From positions 224,001 through 288,000 of the forward strand of contig JBBQZX010000002.1 in NCBI GenBank assembly GCA_038207335.1: a stretch of 64,000 nucleotides of DNA, in the 5' to 3' direction. A program made the position numbers and the translations under genes. The stretch is from Chthoniobacterales bacterium. Its GTDB lineage: Bacteria; Verrucomicrobiota; Verrucomicrobiia; Chthoniobacterales; Chthoniobacteraceae. This document shows positions 39,519 through 48,281 of this stretch, piece after piece; position 1 is the stretch's first letter; the number at the start of each line of letters is the position of its first letter. The notes beneath the pieces were generated by a model, which made no database searches, was not told the origin of the DNA, and worked only from the letters and a program-made list of their open reading frames with translations.

Positions 39519-39573
39519 AACGCGAACGGGGCGAACGCGTTTGGCAACGCCTTCGCCCCGCGGTCTTCGCGTT
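39519..39573 (-). terminator. Stem-loop downstream of the FecR-domain gene
   Basis: CGGGGCGAA...TTCGCCCCG with inner GCGTT/AACGC and outer ACGCGAA/TTCGCGT. Confidence 0.55.
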
Positions 39574-39584
39574 CTCGGTGTCGG

Positions 39585-42047
39585 TTAGTAGTTCGGGCGT
39601 GAGCCGAAGCCATTGGTCGTCGCGCCTTTGCCACCGAAGCTTCCCGTGGTGGAACCGTTGCCGCCGGAGCCGGTGTATTTGGCGTTGTCGGTGAAGACCT
39701 GGGCGGCGCTTGGGCCGTTGACCGTCACCACTTTGCCGTTGTCGATTTGCACGGTGTTGCCGGCGATGGTTTTCACGCTGTTGCCGTTGAGCGAGACGTT
39801 GTCGTTGAAGCGCACGGTGCCGTTCGCGCCGCTGGCGTAAAGCTTGATCGCGGAGTTTGCATCGATGCTGCCGCCGCCGACGATGAGCTGGCCGTTGGCG
39901 CCGAGCACGTTTGCTTTGACCACGTCGCCGCGCAGGGTGGCGTTGTTTAGGGTGATGTTTCCGTCGCCGTTGTTGCGGATATCGACGGTGCCTTTGTCGG
40001 CGATGACGGTGCCCCCGTTGACCGAGATGTCGCCACCCGCGGAGACAAACTCGACTTTGCCGCCAGGGCCAGGCGCTGCGGCACTGAGGAGCGATTGAAG
40101 CTGGCCGCTATTGGAGACGGTGATGGCGGTGCCGCTGGTCCTGCGGCTGTCGAGGCGGATATTGCCCCCTTGCTTGCTGGCGCGTCCGGCGGCGCTGTCG
40201 GAGACCTTGACCGTGGACTGCACATCGATGGTGCCGTTGGAAACGATGCTCACCGTGCCACCTTTGCCGCCGTGCGTGACCAAAGCCGCGTTCGCTCCAG
40301 TCGTGGCGCTGATCGCCTTTTTGATAGTCACGTTGCCCGTCAGGGGACGCGCTTCTGTGCCTAGAAAAACCGATCCACCTGAACCACCCTCTCCCAGGCT
40401 CAAGGGGGCGGCATCGCCGCCGTTGGCGGTGATGCCATTGATGCCGCTGGAGTCGATGTTAACCGAATCGCTCTCGATGATCACCGCACCGCCGCCATTC
40501 GCGCCACTGCCGAGGAGCGGCAACAATGAGCTACCCGAACCGGTGGCATCGATTCCTCCACTGACCTTGATGGAAGGGGAACGTAATCCCAAGTCGCTTC
40601 CGTAGATCGGCACAAGCGTTCCATTGATGTCAACGCTGGTGAGCGCATTGATTGAGCTGGCGGCGATTGTCGTTGCCTGAAGCTTGACGGTGTAGGCTCC
40701 GATCGGTCGGTTGAATGAAATACTAGCGGCCTTGCCGTCGATTTTATTGGCCTCCACGGTCTGGCTGAAGTCGGCATTGTTCTTGGCATCGAATGTGAGA
40801 GTGTCGGCCGTGACCTTGCCGTCCAGTTCGAGTTTACTGACCCCCGTGATGCGAATGGTAGCGGCGGTAATATCAGCTGAGGACTTAGCACTTCCTTTGG
40901 AAATCGTGTAGGTCCCGGTCAAGCCGTTCCCGGGTGCATTGGCTACAACCACGACAGGAGTGACGATTGGTAGGAGCGGAGGCGTGACGACCACAGGCGG
41001 CGTGACAACTACCGGCGGCGTGACAACCACCGGCGGCGTGACAACCACCGGCGGCGTGCTCGGATCAACCCCGGGGAGGAGACCGCCACCCGTCGTGACG
41101 GGATCGTTGCTGCTGTTTCCCGGATTGGAAGGCAGTGAAGGTTCAACCACCGGCACCACTGTAGCCGGGGAGTTTTTATGAGAATGATCGTCGAGTGCGA
41201 GAAGCACGGCAGAATCGCCAACGCGCTTCGTCGTGGATTCGAGAGCCGCCATCGTTTCCTTGGAGGCCACGACGACTTTGGTGCCGTCGCCCTCGATGAT
41301 CAGATTCGTTTCGGCAAGCTGCGCTTTCCCCTTGGCCGTGCTTTGAAAGGCGATTTCTTTTTCGATCAAGCCGATGCTGGGCAGCGGCTGAACCTTGATT
41401 TTCGCGTTCCCGCGAAATTTCTCAGGATCGATGAGAGCCGACGTTTTCACCAATTTCGCGAGATCGACGGAAACCGGCTTGGGCATGTGCGTCTCCTTTG
41501 CCCCGAGAATGATCATCTTGCCGGGCGTGAGCACCACGGATTCGCCCAACCGGCCGTTGATGGATAGGCGGAGGCTGCCTTCGAGCACCAGCACCTTCAC
41601 GTGGTTGCCGGGTGAGTTCTCCATCATGATCGTCGTGCCGGTGATGGCGGCCGTGACCGCAGCGGTGCGAATGCGCGCACCACCGAGGTTCTTTGGGACT
41701 TGAAGAAGCATCGTTCCCCGGTCCAGCGCCATATCGCGGGTGCCCGGAGTGAAGGAGAAGACGGAGTCCGCGCCCAAGCGGGTGAGGGTATCATCTTGAA
41801 AGAGCAGTTCCGCCCTCGACTGCGCGCCGGTCCGGACCGCGAGATCATTTTTGAGAACGTCTTGCAACTTTGCGGGCTGCGTCTTCCCTCGGGTCGGGTC
41901 AATCAGGCGGACATCGTTGACGATTTTGTGAATCTCCGCCTGTTGCAGCGGACCGGCTAGGGCGGTGGCAAACCCGCTGACCCAGAGGAGGACCAGTGAG
42001 CGGCGCAGGAGGCGGGAAGAATTTCGCGATTTGACCATAATTATCAT
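39585..42047 (-). CDS. FecR-domain protein with Pro/Val linker and Gly-rich beta-solenoid-like C-terminus
   Basis: Signal peptide, VRTGAQSRAELLFQDDTLTRLGADS, TAAITGT, VLEG; start could be 42038. Confidence 0.85.
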   Translation of the reverse strand: MIIMVKSRNSSRLLRRSLVLLWVSGFATALAGPLQQAEIHKIVNDVRLIDPTRGKTQPAKLQDVLKNDLAVRTGAQSRAELLFQDDTLTRLGADSVFSFTPGTRDMALDRGTMLLQVPKNLGGARIRTAAVTAAITGTTIMMENSPGNHVKVLVLEGSLRLSINGRLGESVVLTPGKMIILGAKETHMPKPVSVDLAKLVKTSALIDPEKFRGNAKIKVQPLPSIGLIEKEIAFQSTAKGKAQLAETNLIIEGDGTKVVVASKETMAALESTTKRVGDSAVLLALDDHSHKNSPATVVPVVEPSLPSNPGNSSNDPVTTGGGLLPGVDPSTPPVVVTPPVVVTPPVVVTPPVVVTPPLLPIVTPVVVVANAPGNGLTGTYTISKGSAKSSADITAATIRITGVSKLELDGKVTADTLTFDAKNNADFSQTVEANKIDGKAASISFNRPIGAYTVKLQATTIAASSINALTSVDINGTLVPIYGSDLGLRSPSIKVSGGIDATGSGSSLLPLLGSGANGGGAVIIESDSVNIDSSGINGITANGGDAAPLSLGEGGSGGSVFLGTEARPLTGNVTIKKAISATTGANAALVTHGGKGGTVSIVSNGTIDVQSTVKVSDSAAGRASKQGGNIRLDSRRTSGTAITVSNSGQLQSLLSAAAPGPGGKVEFVSAGGDISVNGGTVIADKGTVDIRNNGDGNITLNNATLRGDVVKANVLGANGQLIVGGGSIDANSAIKLYASGANGTVRFNDNVSLNGNSVKTIAGNTVQIDNGKVVTVNGPSAAQVFTDNAKYTGSGGNGSTTGSFGGKGATTNGFGSRPNY
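40981..41058. repeat. 18-bp coding tandem repeat (TPPVVV)x4
   Basis: GGCGTGACAACCACCGGC-like unit repeated four times within the FecR gene. Confidence 0.85.
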
Positions 42048-42086
42048 AACAGCAATATCCCCGCCAACGGGGCTGTCATTATTGAC

Positions 42087-43019
42087 TTAAAATTGCAGAT
42101 TGAACGTCAAGCCCCCGCCCCCGTTCGCCACATCGTAGCTGAACGGTGCCCTATTCGATCGATTCCGGCCGAGATAGCCGGAGGCGGAAACATTGCTCCA
42201 GTCGGTGAACCGATACCGCAACCCCCAGGAAAGGGTCTGGTTTCGGTCCGTCCGGCCTCCCTCGGTGTAGAAGAGCCCCGCATACCGATAGAGGAGATCG
42301 GATTGCAGATTGCGCGTCAGTTGGACGTGATAGCCGGCAAAGACGGAAGCCTCGGAACGCTCCGCACTTTTCGCATCGGAGAAACCGAGCTGCCCCGTTA
42401 CTCCGGCAAAAGCGTAGTGGGCCGAGCTAAAAACCACCGTTTTCTGCGCGCCGAGCGCGAGCGTGTGATTCGTAAAAAAGACATCCCCCGACTTGACGCC
42501 CAGCAGTTCGTTAAAGTTGTAGCGCAGGAAGAGATCGAGCCCGGTGAGCTTGCTGGTGTGATAACTGACGCCCACACCAGCATCGATGCTGTTGAAATCG
42601 AGCTGCCGGAACTCATTGTATCGAAAAGTCGCGAGCCGCAGACCGGCATCGATCTGGAAGCCGCGTGGCACTGGGCGGCGATATTCGAAGCCGAAGGTCG
42701 CGAGCAAAAACGCATCGGTCGCGGGCTTCACTCGGGTGAGGGCGACGTTGCTGGTCACGAAAGCGGAGACATCCGCGAAAGTGCGAAACGGGCGGAGCCG
42801 TTCCTCATCGCGGAGCAGTTGCTGGACTCCAAAACTGTCTCCATCATCCCCGCTGGAAGCAGGGAGTTCCGTCGGCGCAAAATCCCCCGCCGCCGGGAGC
42901 GGGACGGTCTGTAGATCGAGCTGCCGCGCCTGATTGATCCGCGGCTCTGGTGTCTGGGAGCGCAGATGCGCGAGCGACAGAGAGGTGAGCGTAAATTGCA
43001 AGGCCAACTGCCATTTCAT
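42087..43019 (-). CDS. Putative outer-membrane beta-barrel protein
   Basis: Signal peptide, alternating aromatic/hydrophobic strands, C-terminal LTFNLQF. Confidence 0.75.
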   Translation of the reverse strand: MKWQLALQFTLTSLSLAHLRSQTPEPRINQARQLDLQTVPLPAAGDFAPTELPASSGDDGDSFGVQQLLRDEERLRPFRTFADVSAFVTSNVALTRVKPATDAFLLATFGFEYRRPVPRGFQIDAGLRLATFRYNEFRQLDFNSIDAGVGVSYHTSKLTGLDLFLRYNFNELLGVKSGDVFFTNHTLALGAQKTVVFSSAHYAFAGVTGQLGFSDAKSAERSEASVFAGYHVQLTRNLQSDLLYRYAGLFYTEGGRTDRNQTLSWGLRYRFTDWSNVSASGYLGRNRSNRAPFSYDVANGGGGLTFNLQF

Positions 43020-43126
43020 GGAAGACGGGCTCTTTAGCAGAGCGAATGCCCGCCCACTAATTTCCGCAAAAATGGGAGATCGAAAAATCCTTCGGCACGT
43101 TTCCCGCTAAAAGCCCGGGCTCTAGC

Positions 43127-45112
43127 ATGCGGCACCAGCGCGCCACACTCATTCTTCTTTGCACGATCCTGGCGACCAGCCTCGGCATCGTGTTTTCGTG
43201 CTGGCCCGATTCCGCGCTCTCCAAGGCAGAACTGAGCGCACGCGACTGGCTCGCGGCCCACGGCCGAATGACGCCGAGCGATCCGAAGCTCATCTACCTC
43301 GCCATCGATAGTGAGTCCGTGAGTCTCGATACCGAGGCCGACTTGAAGTCGCTCTTCGACATCGATGACGTGGCATCGCCGGAAGGGCGCGCGCTCACGC
43401 TGATGAGTCAACACTGGCCGTGGCCACGCAGCGTTTACGCTCTCGTGCTGGACCGCTTGTTGGCCGCCGGTGCGAAGGCCGTCGTATTCGATTTGAATTT
43501 CCCGACGCCGAGCGACGACGACGAGGCGTTCCGATCAGCACTCGAACTTCACCGCTCCCAAGTGGTGATCGGCAGTAACTTCAGCGACTCCTCCACAAAC
43601 GCGAGTCGAGGCATGGGCGCGGAACTCACCATGCCGACGACGGCCCTCATCCCCAGCCCGGATGAGCGAGTGGGCTACGTGAACTTCTGGCCCGACGCTG
43701 ATGGCGTCATTCGCCGCGCTGTGTTTCAAACCAGCTTCGCGCAATTCCTCGGAACCCACCAGATCCCCGGCGAACCGCAATACGCCTCCCTGGCCGCGCA
43801 GGCCGTCGCCAAACTTGGCCGTCCGATTCGCTCGAGCATGCAAACGGCCAGCCACGCCATTCGCTACACCGCGGGACCAGGAGAGGGCTTCCCGCCGCAC
43901 TCGATCTTCGAAATTTTCGTACCGGAGTATTGGAAGCGAAACTACCAATCCGGAAAGCGTTTTGACGGCGCGGTGGTCGTCGTCGGCGCGGCAGGCAACT
44001 GGCAGCACGATGAACATGTGACTCCCTTCGGCGTCATGGCCGGACCCGAGATTCAGCTCAACGTGATCAACGCCCTGTTGCAGGGCGAATTCCTGACCGC
44101 TGCCTCGCCGCCTGTGGCGATCGCCATCTGGCTCCTCGCGGGTGCTGTCGCCGCGGGCTGCGCGATCATCCGCACTCGAAAACTGGTTCGCCTAAGCCTG
44201 CTGGCGGTCGCGCTCGGGTGGGTGGCCAGTCAGATTCCGATCTTCAACCACTTCGGCTACGTCGGCCCCGTGGTCGGACCGCTCACGGTCATGGTCATCG
44301 TCGGACTCTTCAGTCTCATCTACGATTTGATCCGCGCCGGCGCCGAGCAACTGCGCCTCCGCCTGGACTTGAAGGAGCGCAAACGAGCGCAGGAAATCCT
44401 GGAACGTAGCAACGAGGAACTCGAACGCCGCGTCGCGTCGCGGACGGTGGAGCTGACCAATGCCAACGCCGCTTTGGCACAGCGGATCGAGGAGAAAAAC
44501 GTCCTACTCAAGGAGGTCCACCATCGGGTGAAAAACAACCTGCAAGTCATCTCCAGCCTGCTCAATCTTCAAGCCGGACAGATCAAGGATCCCGACGCGC
44601 TGCAAGCCTTCAAGGAGAGCCGCAACCGCGTCCGCTCCATGGCGCTCATCCATGAGAATCTCTACCAATCGAAGGATATCTCGCAGGTCGATTTCGGGGA
44701 TTACATCAAAGCGCTCACCAAAGGACTAATGGGAGGTTTTTCGAGCAGGGATTCTCCAGTCCGAATCAGCATCGACATCGACAACATCATGCTCCCGGTG
44801 GACTCCGCGGTTCCGTGCGGGCTCATCGTCAACGAGCTGGTGACCAACTGTTTCAAGTACGCCTTTACGCCCTCCACTCCCGGGGAGATTGGCATCGCCA
44901 TGAGACGCACCGACAACGCCCGACTCCAACTCACCGTCTCGGACAATGGCGTGGGCTTTCCCAACGACATCAACTTTCGCAACACCGAGTCGCTCGGCAT
45001 GCAACTCGTCACAACGCTCGCTGAGCAGCTCGATGGCATCGTTACGCTCCAGAATGGCGCAGGCACGACCTTTACCATCGACTTCCCCCAGTCCCACCGC
45101 ACAAAGCTATGA
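43127..45112 (+). CDS. CHASE2-domain sensor histidine kinase (HisKA_2 type)
   Basis: AID, WPWPRS, GAKAVVFD, DADGVIRR, TPFG.MAGPEI; three TM helices; EVHHRVKNNLQ, NELVTN, DNGVG, SLGMQLV. Confidence 0.92.
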   Translation: MRHQRATLILLCTILATSLGIVFSCWPDSALSKAELSARDWLAAHGRMTPSDPKLIYLAIDSESVSLDTEADLKSLFDIDDVASPEGRALTLMSQHWPWPRSVYALVLDRLLAAGAKAVVFDLNFPTPSDDDEAFRSALELHRSQVVIGSNFSDSSTNASRGMGAELTMPTTALIPSPDERVGYVNFWPDADGVIRRAVFQTSFAQFLGTHQIPGEPQYASLAAQAVAKLGRPIRSSMQTASHAIRYTAGPGEGFPPHSIFEIFVPEYWKRNYQSGKRFDGAVVVVGAAGNWQHDEHVTPFGVMAGPEIQLNVINALLQGEFLTAASPPVAIAIWLLAGAVAAGCAIIRTRKLVRLSLLAVALGWVASQIPIFNHFGYVGPVVGPLTVMVIVGLFSLIYDLIRAGAEQLRLRLDLKERKRAQEILERSNEELERRVASRTVELTNANAALAQRIEEKNVLLKEVHHRVKNNLQVISSLLNLQAGQIKDPDALQAFKESRNRVRSMALIHENLYQSKDISQVDFGDYIKALTKGLMGGFSSRDSPVRISIDIDNIMLPVDSAVPCGLIVNELVTNCFKYAFTPSTPGEIGIAMRRTDNARLQLTVSDNGVGFPNDINFRNTESLGMQLVTTLAEQLDGIVTLQNGAGTTFTIDFPQSHRTKL

Positions 45113-47064
45113 GCGATAAGACTCAAATCCTCGTGGTGGAAGACGAAGGCATCGTCGCAAAGGACTTGCAGGCGATGCTGCGCGATTTGGGCTACCACGT
45201 TCCTTTGACTGTCGGCACTGGTGAGCTGGCATTGAAAGCAGCGATCGAGAATCAGCCGGACCTGATCCTCATGGACATCCAGCTCCGCGGGAACATGGAC
45301 GGCATCGAGACCTCCGCGCTCATTAGCTCCCAGCGCGATGTCCCGATTGTCTATCTCACCGCGAACTCCGATGAAGCAACCCTGCAGCGCGCGAAAGCCA
45401 CGTCGCCGTTCGGATTTCTAGTCAAGCCTTTTGAAGAGCGCGCCATCCAGGCTGGCATCGAGATGGCGCTCTACAAACACAAGACCGACAGACACATCCG
45501 CGAGCGCGAGCAATGGCTCTCCACGACCCTGACCAGCATCGCGGATGCAGTCATCACGACGGACTCGAGCGGGAGCATCACCTTCCTGAATACTGCGGCG
45601 GAAAAGCTCTCCGGATGGAACCTTCAAGAGGCGAGCGGCCAGCCTTACTCAAATGTCTTCCATATCGTCAGCGACGCGAGCCGTGAACCGGGAGTGGACT
45701 ATGTCAGCCAGGCATTGTCCGATGGCACGACGCTTACCAGTGGCAATCCTACTCTGCTCGTGCGGCGAGATGGCTCGGAGGTACCCATCGAGCACAGCGT
45801 CGCGCCGATCCGGCAGGGGCTCCAATGCGATATCGGCGGCTGCGTCATTGTCTTCAGCGATGTCTCGGAGCGGAAAGACTTGGAAGAAAGGCTGCGGCAG
45901 GTGCAAAAGATGGATGCGATCGGAAAGCTCGCGGGCGGCATCGCGCATGACTTTAACAACGCCATCACCGCGATCATTGGCTATGCCGAGATGATCCTCC
46001 AGCGGGCAAAAGAACCCGACCCGCACCATCGCGACGCAAAGCAAATCGTGCGCGCCGCCGAGCACTCGGCGCGGCTGACTCACCAGTTACTCGCCTTTAG
46101 CCGCAAGCAAGTTCTGCAACCGCGCTCGCTCAACTTGGCGGAGGAACTCGACCCGGTCGAGGGAATGGTGCGCCGACTGGTCGGCGCGAGTATTTCGACG
46201 AGCATCGAGTCCCAGCCGGGGCTTTGGAATACCATGGCTGATTCCGGGCAGATCGAGCAGGTCGTCTTGAACCTCGCGGTCAATGCCCGAGATGCAATGC
46301 CGAATGGCGGAAATCTGACCATCCGCCTTTCCAATGCGACGGTCACGGCTGAAGATGCGATGCGGATCAGTGAGGGTCGCGCCGGAGAGTTCGTGCTGCT
46401 CGAAGTCAGTGACACGGGCATGGGGATGAGTCGCGAGACGATGAAGCGCATCTTCGAGCCATTCTTCACTACGAAGGAAGCCGGGAAAGGCACCGGGCTG
46501 GGGCTTGCGACGTGTCATGGGATCGTGCGGCAGACTTCCGGCATGATCGCCGTCTCCAGCACGCTGGGTGTCGGGACAACCTTTTCGATCTTCCTTCCGA
46601 AAGCGAATGCAACAGCGGCAGTGACCGCGCCGGAAGCCGACGAAGATCGCGGCACGGCTGGCACTGGGACGATCCTTTTCGTAGAGGATGAAGAAATCCT
46701 GCGCGAGCTAGGCGTGCTGAGTCTGGAAAGTCTGGGCTACCGTGTCGTCGCAGCCCAGCATGGCAAAGAAGCGATCGATGTGCTCACAGCAACCGACGCC
46801 CCGGTTATCGACATCGTCGTGACGGATCTGATGATGCCCGAGCTGAATGGGCGCGAGCTTTTTGCATGGATCGAAAAGAATCGCCCCGGGATGCGTGTCC
46901 TGTTCATGTCCGGCTACACGGACGACTCGACCATCCATGACGCCGTCAACGGCGCGGAGGTCGAGTATCTCCAAAAGCCCTTCACGCCATCCACGCTCGC
47001 GCGAAAAATCCGGGAGGTGCTGGGACGCCCTGCCCCGGAGCGGGCAAACGCGGTGACCGCCTGA
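45109..47064 (+). CDS. Hybrid histidine kinase REC-PAS-HisKA-HATPase-REC (CckA-like)
   Basis: VEDE..LMDI..KPF; PAS domain; AGGIAHDFNN; NLAVNARDAMP; GTGLGL; C-terminal REC MSGY..KPF; ATGA overlap. Confidence 0.93.
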   Translation: MSDKTQILVVEDEGIVAKDLQAMLRDLGYHVPLTVGTGELALKAAIENQPDLILMDIQLRGNMDGIETSALISSQRDVPIVYLTANSDEATLQRAKATSPFGFLVKPFEERAIQAGIEMALYKHKTDRHIREREQWLSTTLTSIADAVITTDSSGSITFLNTAAEKLSGWNLQEASGQPYSNVFHIVSDASREPGVDYVSQALSDGTTLTSGNPTLLVRRDGSEVPIEHSVAPIRQGLQCDIGGCVIVFSDVSERKDLEERLRQVQKMDAIGKLAGGIAHDFNNAITAIIGYAEMILQRAKEPDPHHRDAKQIVRAAEHSARLTHQLLAFSRKQVLQPRSLNLAEELDPVEGMVRRLVGASISTSIESQPGLWNTMADSGQIEQVVLNLAVNARDAMPNGGNLTIRLSNATVTAEDAMRISEGRAGEFVLLEVSDTGMGMSRETMKRIFEPFFTTKEAGKGTGLGLATCHGIVRQTSGMIAVSSTLGVGTTFSIFLPKANATAAVTAPEADEDRGTAGTGTILFVEDEEILRELGVLSLESLGYRVVAAQHGKEAIDVLTATDAPVIDIVVTDLMMPELNGRELFAWIEKNRPGMRVLFMSGYTDDSTIHDAVNGAEVEYLQKPFTPSTLARKIREVLGRPAPERANAVTA

Positions 47065-47088
47065 CATTCGATACATCCGGCCCGCGCG

Positions 47089-47112
47089 GGCACGACGAGA
47101 AATCGTCGTGCC
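47089..47112 (+). other. Perfect GAAA-tetraloop hairpin overlapping the GTG of the DUF3008 remnant
   Basis: GGCACGACGA-GAAA-TCGTCGTGCC; degenerate copy near 47877-47899. Confidence 0.6.
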
Positions 47113-47182
47113 AGCGAAATCCGAAAAGCAACAAATGGCGACTGGGCCGGCGCTCGCGGCGAAACCGTCATTGAAGGCCGCA
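47108..47182 (+). pseudogene. DUF3008-like gene remnant, copy 1
   Basis: (M)PAKSEKQQMATGPALAAK, similar to the DUF3008 start MPAKSxxQQxAAGAALxAK. Confidence 0.6.
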
Positions 47183-47850
47183 CGGGCAGTTCGTATTACT
47201 CAAAGTCACCGACTCCGGCACAGGAATGAGCCGCGACACACTCAGGCATATTTTCGAACCGTTCTTTACGACAAAGGCGGAGGGGAAAGGGACGGGACTT
47301 GGTCTTGCGACATGCCACGGAATCGTCCGGCAGACCGCTGGCATGATTGCCGTTTCCAGCACGCCGGGAACAGGCACCACCTTCTCCATTTACCTTCCAA
47401 AGGCAGACGCTGTGGAAGTTGCGCCAGCGCAAGTCTCCGACGAGACTCTCCCCATCACCGGCGTTGAAACGATCTTGTTCGTCGAGGACGAGGAAATCCT
47501 CCGAGAGCTAGGCGTGCAGGCGCTCGAAGACTTGGGCTACCGCGTCACCCCAGCGGAAGATGGGCTCACAGCGGTCGAACTCCTCGGCAAGGGCAAGCCA
47601 GCCTTCGACATCGTCGTCACCGACCTGATGATGCCGCGCATGAACGGCCGCGAACTCTTCGGCTGGATCGCGCAAAACCACTGCGGAATGCGTGTCTTGT
47701 TCATGTCCGGCTACACCGACGATGCGATCATCCGGAACGCCGTCCACGGAGCGGAGGTCGCCTACTTGCAAAAGCCATTCACGCCCAGCGTGCTCGCACG
47801 CAAGAAACGCGAAATCCTCGATGGACCGGCTCCCGCGAGAGCGAAATCTG
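47170..47850 (+). pseudogene. Diverged duplicate of the hybrid kinase C-terminus (half HATPase + REC)
   Basis: GQFVLLKVTDSGTGMSRDTLRHIFEPFFTTK...GTGLGLATCHGIVRQT parallels 46381-47064; no N-terminal half; stop lost, ORF runs to 48146. Confidence 0.85.
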
Positions 47851-47894
47851 ACGTCGAGGCTTCTGAGGCTTCTCGCCACGACGAAAATCTCGTC

Positions 47895-48065
47895 GTTCCA
47901 GCGAAGTCAAAAAAAATAGCAAATTACCGCGGGTGCAGCGCTCGCGACAAACTCCCGAGAGAAAGCGAAATCGTCGCTGAAAGACGCATCGAAAGCGATG
48001 ATCAAAAGCAACTCGAGGACATCGCACGTAACAGGCGCAAGAAGCTTCCGGCGAAGAAAATCGGA
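47895..48065 (+). pseudogene. DUF3008-like gene remnant, copy 2
   Basis: Frameshifted VPAKSKK / QITAGAALATNSREKAKSSLKDASKAM / KQLEDIARNRRKKLPAKK. Confidence 0.7.
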
Positions 48066-48281
48066 GTGGCGATCATAAACAGCAGAAGCAGGGGACCGAA
48101 CGACCTCTCTTCTGAAAATCCACGTCATCGGAGGAATCTGCGGTAAAGAGATTTTTGCCTCTGCGCAGTGGTCGCGGATTGGGGCGATAATTATTTTTGC
48201 GCAATTGTCACAATTCTGCGTCCTCCGCTGGACAAAACGGTCGGGACGGGATTATCATGTGGGGCTTTTTCCCCTCAAGAT

